From a phage, in the NCBI GenBank assembly GCA_020241125.1, contig GCA_020241125.1_4708.1: a stretch of 64,000 bases of DNA. The stretch is one strand, 5' to 3'. A program made the translations under genes and the position numbers. How positions within the stretch are numbered: the stretch's first letter is position 1; every line of letters begins with the position of its first letter. The notes under the pieces are model-generated. The model was not told where the DNA came from. It saw only the letters and a list, made by a program, of their open reading frames with translations, and did no database searches. This document shows positions 9,686-18,617 of the stretch, piece by piece.

Positions 9686-11122
9686 TTACTTTTTCGATGA
9701 CACTTTCTCAAGAATCTTGAAAAAGGTCATACCTATACCGACAACGGCCGCGGTTATGCTCGCAGCGGCTTTCCAAACATCGACGTTACGTTGACGTCGC
9801 GCTTCTTCCGCTTCACGTTGTCTTTTTGCCTCTTCATCACGTCGACGTATCTCAGCAGCAAACTCGTCGTGCTTACGTTTGGATTCTTCGTCTCGACGAC
9901 GAAGTTCAGCGACGAATTCTTCATGTTTGCGTTTAGCCTCGTCGTCACGACGTTTTAAATCAGCTTGATAATCTTCGTGTATTTGTCTACGTAGATCATC
10001 TTGACGCTTCATTTCGGCTTGGTGTTGTTCCATCCTACGTTTTTGTTCGTCTTTAAGCTGATCGAGTTCGGCTTTATGTTGTTCATCACGCAGCTTTGCG
10101 TCGGCGCGATGCGCCTCATGCATCTGTGCGATAACTGCCTTGTGTTCATCCGCCATACGTCGCATTTCAGCCATCACCCCTTTAAGGGTTTCTTCTGATG
10201 CCTTACGTTCGTAGCTACGTTGGTCGAAATCATTTTTGTAGGCTTCTTTTTGGATGGGGTCGCGCCAATGCAATGCCGATTCACGTGTCGGAAAAACATT
10301 GTACTTCCACATCTCTTTTTCCAAATCTTCGACCGGTACGAAGATGGAGTCATTATTCCCGAAGGTAACCAACATACCTGGCGCGCCTGCTCCATTCGTT
10401 GGTTTTATTTCGAACGCTTTCCCCAACACGTTAACCCATAAGCTATACGGATTATGAAAGTCGGGCGGCGTCCAATGGATAGTGAGTTGCGTTCCGAGAA
10501 TCCGGAAACCCTCTGTTTTTCCCGTCAAGCTCCGCGCGCACGTTGCGATGTAGGGGTGATCAATCCCTTTCGTAACGTGGTCTGCGCTTTTGTATTCTCC
10601 TTTAACTTTTACGATTGCCACGTTGATTTGCGCGACATAAGCGGGTTGATTAAAGTTCAGCGTGTTGAGGTCAATTTGACATATCTCATCCAGCGTATCG
10701 TACCAGTCTTGCTGGTCTAATAGACGCGGCATTTTCTCAGCGTTAACAATACGACGGATATGCGGTTTCCTTATCGCGTAACCTGTACCGTTTTTAACAC
10801 GGAGTATATCCCGACGTCTACCCGCGTAGACGAAGTTTCTGAATGCACCATTCGCATTAGATACGTCATGGCTGTCAACTATTACAGGACTACGAAATTT
10901 TGAACGTCGTACGATCCTGAATGTATTGCCGTCCTCAACCCTACCAGGAATGTACTGGAACATATTGTCGGAGGTGATAACCAACACGGTATGGCCAGAT
11001 TCATTAATACATGCCCATCCTAATTCCAGGTCATATAACGGTTCAGCATAACCGTCAATGCGATAAGCGTGCGTACCATCCCACGGTTCGAACGCGGTAT
11101 CACATATTGGCATGGAGGGCAT
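9686..11122 (-). CDS. tail-anchored coiled-coil protein with tandem 19-aa charged repeats and C-terminal transmembrane helix (478 aa)
   Basis: ORF-track start is TTG at 11128; ATG at 11122 has GGAGG 6 nt upstream; C-terminus ...RRRDEEAKRKHEEFVAELRRRDEESKRKHDEFAAEIRRRDEEAKRQ... then AAASITAAVVGIGMTFFKIL. Confidence 0.8.
   Translation of the reverse strand: MPSMPICDTAFEPWDGTHAYRIDGYAEPLYDLELGWACINESGHTVLVITSDNMFQYIPGRVEDGNTFRIVRRSKFRSPVIVDSHDVSNANGAFRNFVYAGRRRDILRVKNGTGYAIRKPHIRRIVNAEKMPRLLDQQDWYDTLDEICQIDLNTLNFNQPAYVAQINVAIVKVKGEYKSADHVTKGIDHPYIATCARSLTGKTEGFRILGTQLTIHWTPPDFHNPYSLWVNVLGKAFEIKPTNGAGAPGMLVTFGNNDSIFVPVEDLEKEMWKYNVFPTRESALHWRDPIQKEAYKNDFDQRSYERKASEETLKGVMAEMRRMADEHKAVIAQMHEAHRADAKLRDEQHKAELDQLKDEQKRRMEQHQAEMKRQDDLRRQIHEDYQADLKRRDDEAKRKHEEFVAELRRRDEESKRKHDEFAAEIRRRDEEAKRQREAEEARRQRNVDVWKAAASITAAVVGIGMTFFKILEKVSSKK
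9790..9960 (-). repeat. in-frame tandem repeat (~57-bp unit, about 3 copies) inside 9686..11122
   Basis: Repeated CGTCGTC...GAATTCTTCATGTTTGCGTTT units encoding RRRDEE(A/S)KRKH(E/D)EF(V/A)AE(L/I). Confidence 0.7.
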
Positions 11123-11272
11123 CGTCAACCTCCATCAGATTGAAAACTATCACGCATAATACATTTCCCTTTTCTTGTTCTTATCGAGCCGACAGCCGAC
11201 GGTTTCAGCATCGTTCCTAGCGCGAGAACGACCTTACGTGTTGTCTATGCCTTATTCATCGCAGGCGTCTGT

Positions 11273-11296
11273 CACCTAGGTAATGTAAGCGTCAAA
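11273..11296 (-). promoter_or_regulatory. conserved ~31-bp motif, copy 1 (candidate phage promoter)
   Basis: CACCTAGGTAATGTAAGCGTCAAA on plus; lies between hairpin 11322..11370 and start of 9686..11122. Confidence 0.4.
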
Positions 11297-11321
11297 TTTT
11301 TTCTATTCGCAACAATAAACG

Positions 11322-11370
11322 GCATAGAAACCTCCCCCAACCCTTGCGGGCTGAGGGAGGCTGACTTATG
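11322..11370. terminator. GC-rich palindromic hairpin family member downstream of putative MCP gene
   Basis: GGCATAGAAA-CCTCCCCCAACCCTTGCGGGCTGAGGGAGG-CTGACTTATG. Confidence 0.5.
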
Positions 11371-11459
11371 TATCACGGTGCCGGATGAATGTCCGGTGCA
11401 ATGAAACCATCCGCAACGTTGTCGTCAAGAATATCATCCAACGAAGCAGCTACGGTAGT

Positions 11460-13682
11460 TCAGTTAGTCTGAACAGGCAGCTTGATGTTTTCAGTGTAGA
11501 CCTTACGCAGGTTCACAACGTTAATCAGACCCAGCAGCGGGCAGTTGTTAACGAAGCGGCAGCGCGGCTGAACCATGGTTTCTTTAGAAACCTGACCGTT
11601 ACGGGTAACCTGAGCAACAGATACCAGTTCCGGTACATACAGGAACATACCGAAGGTCAGCGGATCCGGAGAACCCTGGATACCACGAGACAGGGTCACG
11701 AAGATCTTATCGCGCAGCATGACGTTCGGGTTATCTACAACTACGAAGTTGAAGCTTACACCAACGGTACGGAAATCACCATCGGTCTGCAGGAACTGCG
11801 GGATGTAGTTGTCAGTTGCTACTACGCAACGCGGTTTCTCATCAGCGTTGGAAGACAGCAGCTGCAGAGCTGGCTGATAACCAGACTCGGAGTACATGCG
11901 GTATGCCATCTCACGAATCACGTTCATGATCGCAGCAGACACTTCAGCACGACGTTCTGCAGTGGTGGTACCCTGAACAGATTTCTCCAGGTCCAGATTG
12001 ATTTCTTCGAACCACGGACGGATCAGGTAACGACCGAAACCTTCGATCTGGATGTCACCGAACTGACGGAAGCGAGAGGTCGCAACCGCTTTCAGTGCGT
12101 CTTTGTAGCTGAACAGTTTCTCAACCATCAGGTTGTCGAAACGTGCGTTAGCAGCTTGGATCAGAACGTCCAGGTCAGCAGCGTTTTCTTCCCAATCCAG
12201 CGGACGAGGAATGGAGAACGGAGCCAGCAGGCCGATTGCGTAACGTTCTTGCTTCATGTTGAAGTCAAGGTGCTTACCGCGCTCACGACGGTTGCTGTTG
12301 TTACGGCGGATACGCAGTTCGTAACCAACCAGTTTGAAGCTCAGGTCTTCAGCCAGTTGTTTGAACTCTTCGCTCTTACGCGGTTGTTCGATGTTGTCCT
12401 GATCAACCAGGCGATACAGTTCAGCGTTAGCGCCGTTAACACGCAGACCGGCTTTCTCTACGTTGGAAGAACCGTAAACTTCGATCGCCAGCTGAGCAGC
12501 AGATTTCGCATCGATGATGTCCTGCAGCGCTTCAGCTTTCGCGCCTTTAACGTCTTTGGTGTTCTCATCAACGAAGATGGAGTGGGTGTCGAACGCCAGG
12601 GTCATTTTGCGGAAGTCGCCTTCCAGGGATTTCTGGAAACCGTTGGTGATCAGACCAGATACGTCGAACGGTACGTAAGAGGTTTTGCTGTGCTTGGTAG
12701 ATTTGATTTCCACCAGGATTTTGGTCAGCGTGATCTGGGCGTCCAGCGCGTCGGTGTTGTCGCTGTAACCGTTAGCCAGGATGCTATCGTCTTCAGCAAT
12801 ACCGATCATGTCGATCAGTTTATCAACAGCCAGGTAAGACGTTTTGTAAGTTACGCCTTTAATTTCGATGTCGCGCGGAGCAACGATAGCTTTGTCAACG
12901 AAGTACTGTGCGTTAGCATCGTCAGCACGATAGATCGGATGCAGATCGGTCACGTCGTTGGACAGAACGTCGTTGTACATGAACGCATCCAGCAGCGGAC
13001 GACGTACCCAATCAGCCGGAGTACCGTCAGCGTTACGACGCAGGTGGTTGAACACCAGCGGACGACGGAAAGATACGTCGTAACCGATCTGGTTCGGAGC
13101 CAGAACGATGGTGTTGTACAGTTCGTTACCCATGCGGCTCAGACGAGAAGCCTTCACGTTGAACACAACGGAGTACGGCATCATGTCACGCAGTTCTTTC
13201 TGGTCGTAGGACAGCTGAACCAGTTCTTCAGATTCGCAACCGCAGGAATCAGCAGCCATCATGACGAAGTTAGAGCTGTCAACTTCACGGCCAGACGGAG
13301 TGGTGCTGATGTTCATGGAACGTGCTTGTTTAGCATATTCTACCGGGTTACCATGAGCCAGCATGATCAGTGCTGCTGCACGAGCCTGCTGTGCGTTCAT
13401 GGTGAACAGCTGTTCTTCAATACGCTGCTTCTCTTCCGGAGTGGTGGTTTCGAAGCCCAGCATGGACAGAACCGGTTCTTCGGCTTTACGGATGTCGCTG
13501 CTGAAGCTCTTAACATCCATTTCGTTAACCAGTTTGTCCATGGATTTGAAATCAACCTTAGAAGCAGATTCCATAGACAGGAAGGTGTTCTCCAGACCTT
13601 TGTCTGCTGGTTTGCTACCATTAGCGGTCAGGAACTGGCGAGTGGCCGCGACCTGTTGGCTAAGAAGGGTTTTATCATTCAT
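11460..13682 (-). CDS. putative major capsid protein (740 aa; size comparable to phiKZ-type MCP)
   Basis: Strong host-optimal codon usage suggesting high expression; AAGGA SD 8 nt upstream of ATG; functional call from size and codon usage only. Confidence 0.5.
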   Translation of the reverse strand: MNDKTLLSQQVAATRQFLTANGSKPADKGLENTFLSMESASKVDFKSMDKLVNEMDVKSFSSDIRKAEEPVLSMLGFETTTPEEKQRIEEQLFTMNAQQARAAALIMLAHGNPVEYAKQARSMNISTTPSGREVDSSNFVMMAADSCGCESEELVQLSYDQKELRDMMPYSVVFNVKASRLSRMGNELYNTIVLAPNQIGYDVSFRRPLVFNHLRRNADGTPADWVRRPLLDAFMYNDVLSNDVTDLHPIYRADDANAQYFVDKAIVAPRDIEIKGVTYKTSYLAVDKLIDMIGIAEDDSILANGYSDNTDALDAQITLTKILVEIKSTKHSKTSYVPFDVSGLITNGFQKSLEGDFRKMTLAFDTHSIFVDENTKDVKGAKAEALQDIIDAKSAAQLAIEVYGSSNVEKAGLRVNGANAELYRLVDQDNIEQPRKSEEFKQLAEDLSFKLVGYELRIRRNNSNRRERGKHLDFNMKQERYAIGLLAPFSIPRPLDWEENAADLDVLIQAANARFDNLMVEKLFSYKDALKAVATSRFRQFGDIQIEGFGRYLIRPWFEEINLDLEKSVQGTTTAERRAEVSAAIMNVIREMAYRMYSESGYQPALQLLSSNADEKPRCVVATDNYIPQFLQTDGDFRTVGVSFNFVVVDNPNVMLRDKIFVTLSRGIQGSPDPLTFGMFLYVPELVSVAQVTRNGQVSKETMVQPRCRFVNNCPLLGLINVVNLRKVYTENIKLPVQTN

Positions 13683-13831
13683 TGAAAGTATCCTTTACAG
13701 AATTAACTTATATAAGTCGGTCGATAGACCATAGCGTACACGCGTGCATGCGCCACTATAGTATCAGTAAACACTTACCGTTATTGAGGTCGTGATACAA
13801 CACTAAAAATGCCGCATAACTTTTCCCTACG

Positions 13832-14452
13832 TCACAAACGACGCAGGCGATAATGGATGGAACGATTGGTGCAATATGAACGGAACAGCGGCAATTGCGC
13901 AACTTCCGCAAGACTCATATTAATTCGCAGGTGTTCAATAACGGCGCTGTAGTTATCAGCAATACGATCGCTCAATAACTCTTCTGCCAATAAAGGAAGA
14001 CAATCGACAACAATCGCGATCACATCCTCATTAACATAACGCACCCGAACACTCAACGGACGTTTGTCTGGGCTGTAAGTTGGATCCGCCAAACGACGTT
14101 CAATATCACGCGGATAGCTCGTCAGTAAATGGTAATAACCATTGTCATAACGATTGATGTACTCACACAGCACATCAACATTCTTCTCTGGCGGCAAACC
14201 TGTTTCGTCATAGTGATACGCAAACATACCACCAAGCAGGTTGTTAAGATGAACCGCAGGGTTCGCTTGTTCGTGTTCTTTCGTGATGAAGAAAGGCACG
14301 TTCTGGGCTGCGAAATAAAAACCTACATCATTGGGCGATAGTATGCCGAAAAGACTTTTAGGGTCTAATAACACCTGTAAGTCATCACGCGCATTTCGAA
14401 TAATCGCGTGTTCTACCCAATTCGGAACGACGAGATATCGGAGTTCCTTCAT
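13832..14452 (-). CDS. hypothetical protein (206 aa)
   Basis: ORF with AGAGG SD 8 nt upstream; divergent from 14492 gene. Confidence 0.7.
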   Translation of the reverse strand: MKELRYLVVPNWVEHAIIRNARDDLQVLLDPKSLFGILSPNDVGFYFAAQNVPFFITKEHEQANPAVHLNNLLGGMFAYHYDETGLPPEKNVDVLCEYINRYDNGYYHLLTSYPRDIERRLADPTYSPDKRPLSVRVRYVNEDVIAIVVDCLPLLAEELLSDRIADNYSAVIEHLRINMSLAEVAQLPLFRSYCTNRSIHYRLRRL

Positions 14453-14491
14453 TATGATTACCTCTTTGCAAGTATCGAAAGGATTGAGTCG

Positions 14492-16102
14492 ATGGACCCA
14501 AAACAGATAGCCATTAAGATTATTACGTTACTGTTTCGTAATGCACAATTGAACCATCCCGATCCCAGTACGATCGAACATGTTAAATCCGTCTTAGATA
14601 AAGTCGAACCCCCGAAAAACCATCTCGCTACAGACGTAGATAGAGAGGTTTTCAACAACCTGATGAATACCATTCATTGGATGTTGGAACAACCATTATC
14701 GGAACCTTTCGATAAACAACAGTTGTTACAAAGGATACGTTTGGATTGCCTTGAACAAAGCAATCTTTACGAGATTCTTGCCGACGGACTGTACGATATC
14801 GAAGACGACGCTCATATCAGTAAGGTCTGTTCACTCTATTACAACGAATTACGTAATCTGATTACCCGTCGTCGTGTTTTCGAAACCTTTAGAAACACGT
14901 ACATGGATATCAGTAACGGGCGACTTGGGGATAAAGAATTTTTCGATGCAATGGCGAATCTGAAATTATCGCTAGACAGTATCGAAATGGATACCGAAAA
15001 TCCCGAAGAGATGTCGTGTATGATTGACGGCTTTATCGCTGACAGCGAAGACGATATCGAGAAAGTCGAACGTATGTTCGTCAAAGCGATGGAACGTAAC
15101 AGTCCTGAAGGTGGATTTGTAACCGGCTGGCAAGGCTTTAATAAAATGTTGGGGTCGGTCGGTGTTTTACGTCGCGGTACCTTAGGACTGATTGGTGCAA
15201 TGCAGCACCGGAACAAGTCAGGCGTGTTGTTAAAACTGTTCACACATCTGGCATTGTACAACAAACCCCATTTCTTTTTCCCGGAGCGAGCAAAGAAAGC
15301 ATTACTGATTCATTTGTCGACAGAAAACGAAGTGGAAGAAAACACGCTTCAGATATACAAGAACATGCGAGAACAGGAAACAGGCGAATATGTCGATATT
15401 CGTAAGATTGACCCTCGCGAGGCATCACGTTATGTGTTGAAGGTGTTCAACGATGCGGGTTTCTCTGTTTGTATGCGTCGTGTTGATGGGATGAGTTATA
15501 AACAACTCGCTAATCTCATCGACCATTTCGAACGCATGGGTTATGAAGTCATGGCGTTGTTCATTGACTATCTGAAAATGTTCTCATCGGAAGGGCTGGA
15601 TAGAAATGGACCGACCGGCGCATGGCTCCAAGAACTCTTCAACAAAGTCCGTAACCTCTGCAGTGTTAAACGTATTTTAGGCATGACCGTACACCAGCTG
15701 TCATCCGATGCGAAGATGCGTGCACGTGATGGCAACGATGAAGAGTTTGTTGACCAAGTCGCAGGTTTAAGTTACTGGGATGGTTGTAAAGGGATTGACC
15801 GTGAGATTGACCTTGAAGTGATTGTTGATATCGTTAAGGAACCGGGCAAACGTCAAAGCTGGCAAGTCTTTGCATTAGGGAAAGACCGTCAACCGGATAA
15901 CGGTTCAACGAAACCTGAAGACAAACACTTCGCAATGCCATTCCAAACCATCGGGATGCTTCCTGATGATTACGGTAAGAAAGCAGTGTATTGCCGCAAG
16001 GTTGGCGGACAACCTGTCTCCGAGGGAGGTAAAGGTCCGTGGAACAAGTTCGATGAAAACGCAGCACCGAGTAATGAATTACAATTTGATTTAGAATTTT
16101 AA
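14492..16102 (+). CDS. DnaB-family helicase-like protein with non-canonical P-loop (536 aa)
   Basis: Start trimmed to ATG 14492 (AAGGA SD); DnaB-like blocks: LGLIGAMQHRNKSG (P-loop position, Gly replaced by Asn), ALFIDYLKMF (Walker B-like IDYL), MTVHQLSSDAKMR, FALGKDRQP. Confidence 0.7.
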   Translation: MDPKQIAIKIITLLFRNAQLNHPDPSTIEHVKSVLDKVEPPKNHLATDVDREVFNNLMNTIHWMLEQPLSEPFDKQQLLQRIRLDCLEQSNLYEILADGLYDIEDDAHISKVCSLYYNELRNLITRRRVFETFRNTYMDISNGRLGDKEFFDAMANLKLSLDSIEMDTENPEEMSCMIDGFIADSEDDIEKVERMFVKAMERNSPEGGFVTGWQGFNKMLGSVGVLRRGTLGLIGAMQHRNKSGVLLKLFTHLALYNKPHFFFPERAKKALLIHLSTENEVEENTLQIYKNMREQETGEYVDIRKIDPREASRYVLKVFNDAGFSVCMRRVDGMSYKQLANLIDHFERMGYEVMALFIDYLKMFSSEGLDRNGPTGAWLQELFNKVRNLCSVKRILGMTVHQLSSDAKMRARDGNDEEFVDQVAGLSYWDGCKGIDREIDLEVIVDIVKEPGKRQSWQVFALGKDRQPDNGSTKPEDKHFAMPFQTIGMLPDDYGKKAVYCRKVGGQPVSEGGKGPWNKFDENAAPSNELQFDLEF

Positions 16103-16106
16103 ACGC

Positions 16107-16119
16107 AAAAAAAAAAAAA
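16107..16119. repeat. A13 homopolymer tract
   Basis: 13 consecutive A immediately after stop of 14492..16102. Confidence 0.9.
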
Positions 16120-16125
16120 GATTGT

Positions 16126-16173
16126 GCGGTTCCCTCCTCCAACCCGTAAGGGAAGGAGGAGGGGTTATGACCG
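16126..16173. terminator. GC-rich palindromic hairpin family member between convergent genes, with adjacent A13 tract
   Basis: CCCTCCTCCAACCCGTAAGGGAAGGAGGAGGG with GTAA tetraloop; A13 at 16107-16119 gives a U13 tract after the hairpin for minus-strand transcripts. Confidence 0.55.
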
Positions 16174-16179
16174 CTTTGA

Positions 16180-16506
16180 TTAACTTATTGTCATGAATTC
16201 ATTAGGTGAAAATTTCCAGCCGTTCTCGGTGAGAAGCGTGTTGAGTTTCGCTGCAACGATAAGCCATGCGTGCATGGCTGTTACATCGTATTGGCGATTC
16301 ACTCGACGTTGGTTTTCGATATTGATTTGCTCCTGTTCAGTGATGTTTGGATAAAGTGCGATAGCGCTAGGTTTACCCAGCGCGCTAGTCATCACCGCCG
16401 TACATTCACTGATAATGTTGTTTAAGTGGTAGTTATACACCGTTCCACGCATGACGCGATGACGGCATTCGATAATAGCGTCGTAAATGATTTCTCGAGT
16501 AATCAT
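16180..16506 (-). CDS. hypothetical protein (108 aa)
   Basis: ORF tightly following upstream gene. Confidence 0.55.
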   Translation of the reverse strand: MITREIIYDAIIECRHRVMRGTVYNYHLNNIISECTAVMTSALGKPSAIALYPNITEQEQINIENQRRVNRQYDVTAMHAWLIVAAKLNTLLTENGWKFSPNEFMTIS

Positions 16507-16512
16507 GATAAT

Positions 16513-16914
16513 TTAAAACATACGGTCGTTTTTAGCACGGGCGTCCATTACCAGATCGTAGATGCCTGCGGTTCGTAAGCACTCTTCGTAGTAACGATGT
16601 GTGCCTTCCTCAGCCATCCACGATAACCCTCGGCTATCCGCAACGATAACCAGTTTGTTATTGTTGAACGCACACACCACACGGTATGTCGCGTTGTTAT
16701 TCGGATCGCGAGTGATGAGTTCATAGACGCCGTTAACAGGTTTACTGAATTCGCCGTTTAACGGAACGAGTTCGGTAGTACCTTCAGCAAACGTTACGTT
16801 GATCGGTGATGGATCTTTAGCGATAACAGTATATTCCACATTGTGTTCTTTACTGGTCATAATACCGAAGTAAGAACTCACAGGGGAACGCGGTACACTA
16901 AGAATATTAAACAT
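16513..16914 (-). CDS. hypothetical protein (133 aa)
   Basis: ORF. Confidence 0.55.
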   Translation of the reverse strand: MFNILSVPRSPVSSYFGIMTSKEHNVEYTVIAKDPSPINVTFAEGTTELVPLNGEFSKPVNGVYELITRDPNNNATYRVVCAFNNNKLVIVADSRGLSWMAEEGTHRYYEECLRTAGIYDLVMDARAKNDRMF

Positions 16915-16984
16915 AAATGTTGTCCTCTTAATTGGATTTAGATTGTTGGGTATGTGATTGGGAAATGAAAACGTTGTTTCGGTT

Positions 16985-17554
16985 TTAGACGATGAGTGAC
17001 CAGGTAGTAAGCACCCCGCTTGCGAATTCGAGCTTAAGACGTTTACCGATAAGTTGTTGCTGGATCATCTTCTCGGTGATACGTCGATCATGCTGAACCG
17101 CTTTATCAAACGCTTCTTTCGCTTCAGCTTGGTAGAAGTTCGTTTCTTCGTTTTCGTCGATCTCTTCGAGAGCATCGTCGTCGATGTCAGCAAGTTTCAC
17201 TCGACCGTTTTCATCAGGTTGTTCTGCAGGTTCATTGTCATACGGCGTGTCTTTTGTTGGTGCGACACGATGTTGCAACTCGACCTGCGTTAACATGATC
17301 TCCATCTCACCATCGATAGGAATGATTTCATCGGCGCTGCCGTTTTCGGTCAACTCTCGACTTTCCAGTAATGTCGTCGTAACAGAGAACACCTCTTCAA
17401 CAGGAACCTCATCATCGTCGATAGTGTTAACCGTATTGCTGGTAACTTCGGCAACGACCATCAAATCGAATGCGTGAGGATCGCCTGGCATTTTGATTCC
17501 TGGAAGTTTGTTGAGGTACCAAGGATCGAGAATCATGATTTCTGGATTGAACAT
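16985..17554 (-). CDS. hypothetical acidic protein (189 aa)
   Basis: ORF; Asp/Glu-rich. Confidence 0.6.
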   Translation of the reverse strand: MFNPEIMILDPWYLNKLPGIKMPGDPHAFDLMVVAEVTSNTVNTIDDDEVPVEEVFSVTTTLLESRELTENGSADEIIPIDGEMEIMLTQVELQHRVAPTKDTPYDNEPAEQPDENGRVKLADIDDDALEEIDENEETNFYQAEAKEAFDKAVQHDRRITEKMIQQQLIGKRLKLEFASGVLTTWSLIV

Positions 17555-17629
17555 CGTTTTTACCTTTCTATGTTAGGTGGGTTGCGGATAGAAGAATCAA
17601 TGCATAGACTGATTTAAGTTTGTTAAGGT

Positions 17630-18532
17630 TTACTTAGTCTTCGAGTTACAAGGACTGACATGTTGTTGTACTCGTTGAATCGTATCGTAGTACGGGTTAG
17701 ATTGGTTGAACATGCTGTTGTGTGGATGATAGCCGTATGGCGCATTTTGCCTTGTTGATGAGAAACCTTGTTGAGAAGGACGATTTGAATTAACCGCGAG
17801 TACGTAGTAAACCAAATTTTGACGGTCGAACGTTCCTTCGTTTTTGAAGGTGTCGGCGTAGGTGTTTATCGCTGGAGCGAGTCTATCACCATCGGCGGTA
17901 ATAATTGTACCGTCTGGGTAAACTTCACGAACGACGCACCATGTTCCGATAAGAACGTCTTTGGGCGGCGTATTGCCGTATCCGGTTGTAACGGTAAGGT
18001 AAGTATCGAACCCTTCAGAACAACAAGGATGACGATAGATAGGTCCTGTCATTTCCGTTCTATCGGTATCGTCGCATTTCTCTATCGAGAGCGATGGTGT
18101 GTCGGTTTTGAAATTGTCAAATTCTTTCTTTAAGTCGATTACAGGTTCTTTCGTATAGTACTTCTTGATTGCTTTGACGTAAAGATCAGGAACGGTTGTC
18201 AGCATTCCGTTATACCTGATTCTCAGGTTTTCGAGTAATCCAAAGATACTCGCGCATGCTTGTTCGCGAGGTTTTGTAAGATAAGAGATCCCCCCAGGAA
18301 CGCTGGGATCTTTGAGAAAGAAGATTGCGTTATTGTCGTTGTGCAGTGCGTTGAAGAAAACGATTGATTCGATATATACGGAGCATAGGCTGTCGTTGGC
18401 GTCGTCAGATAACACCCAGATGCACTCATCGGTCGTCTTGTTTAAAAGTTCTGTTTTGTCCACCAAACGTTGTTTCATTGCGAGGAAATGTGCCTGTTGT
18501 TCAGCGGATAATTCACGATAAATAGTGGTCAT
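17630..18532 (-). CDS. hypothetical protein, paralog A of an HPxC/YPDG pair (300 aa)
   Basis: Start trimmed to ATG 18532 (AAGGAG 6 nt upstream); shares PIYxHPxC, DxYLTxTxG, GxWxxxREVYPDGxIxT with 18618..19391. Confidence 0.75.
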   Translation of the reverse strand: MTTIYRELSAEQQAHFLAMKQRLVDKTELLNKTTDECIWVLSDDANDSLCSVYIESIVFFNALHNDNNAIFFLKDPSVPGGISYLTKPREQACASIFGLLENLRIRYNGMLTTVPDLYVKAIKKYYTKEPVIDLKKEFDNFKTDTPSLSIEKCDDTDRTEMTGPIYRHPCCSEGFDTYLTVTTGYGNTPPKDVLIGTWCVVREVYPDGTIITADGDRLAPAINTYADTFKNEGTFDRQNLVYYVLAVNSNRPSQQGFSSTRQNAPYGYHPHNSMFNQSNPYYDTIQRVQQHVSPCNSKTK

Positions 18533-18617
18533 GTTGAGCTCCTTGATTACGATAAGGATGATTGCGGTTTTGTGATGCTGGTAGGGCCCTAAACAAAGGA
18601 GCCCTACCAATATTGGG

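Noticed and set aside
11385-13685. 766-aa plus-strand ORF
   Set aside because: Antisense shadow of the codon-optimised minus-strand capsid gene; translation is dominated by V/F/Q/R with no SD-linked start, whereas the minus frame has an SD and coherent protein-like sequence.
13683-13831. TATATAAG element about 30 nt upstream of the capsid ATG as a T4-type late promoter
   Set aside because: Single occurrence, not the TATAAATA consensus, and this phage probably uses its own polymerase; recorded only as a possibility.
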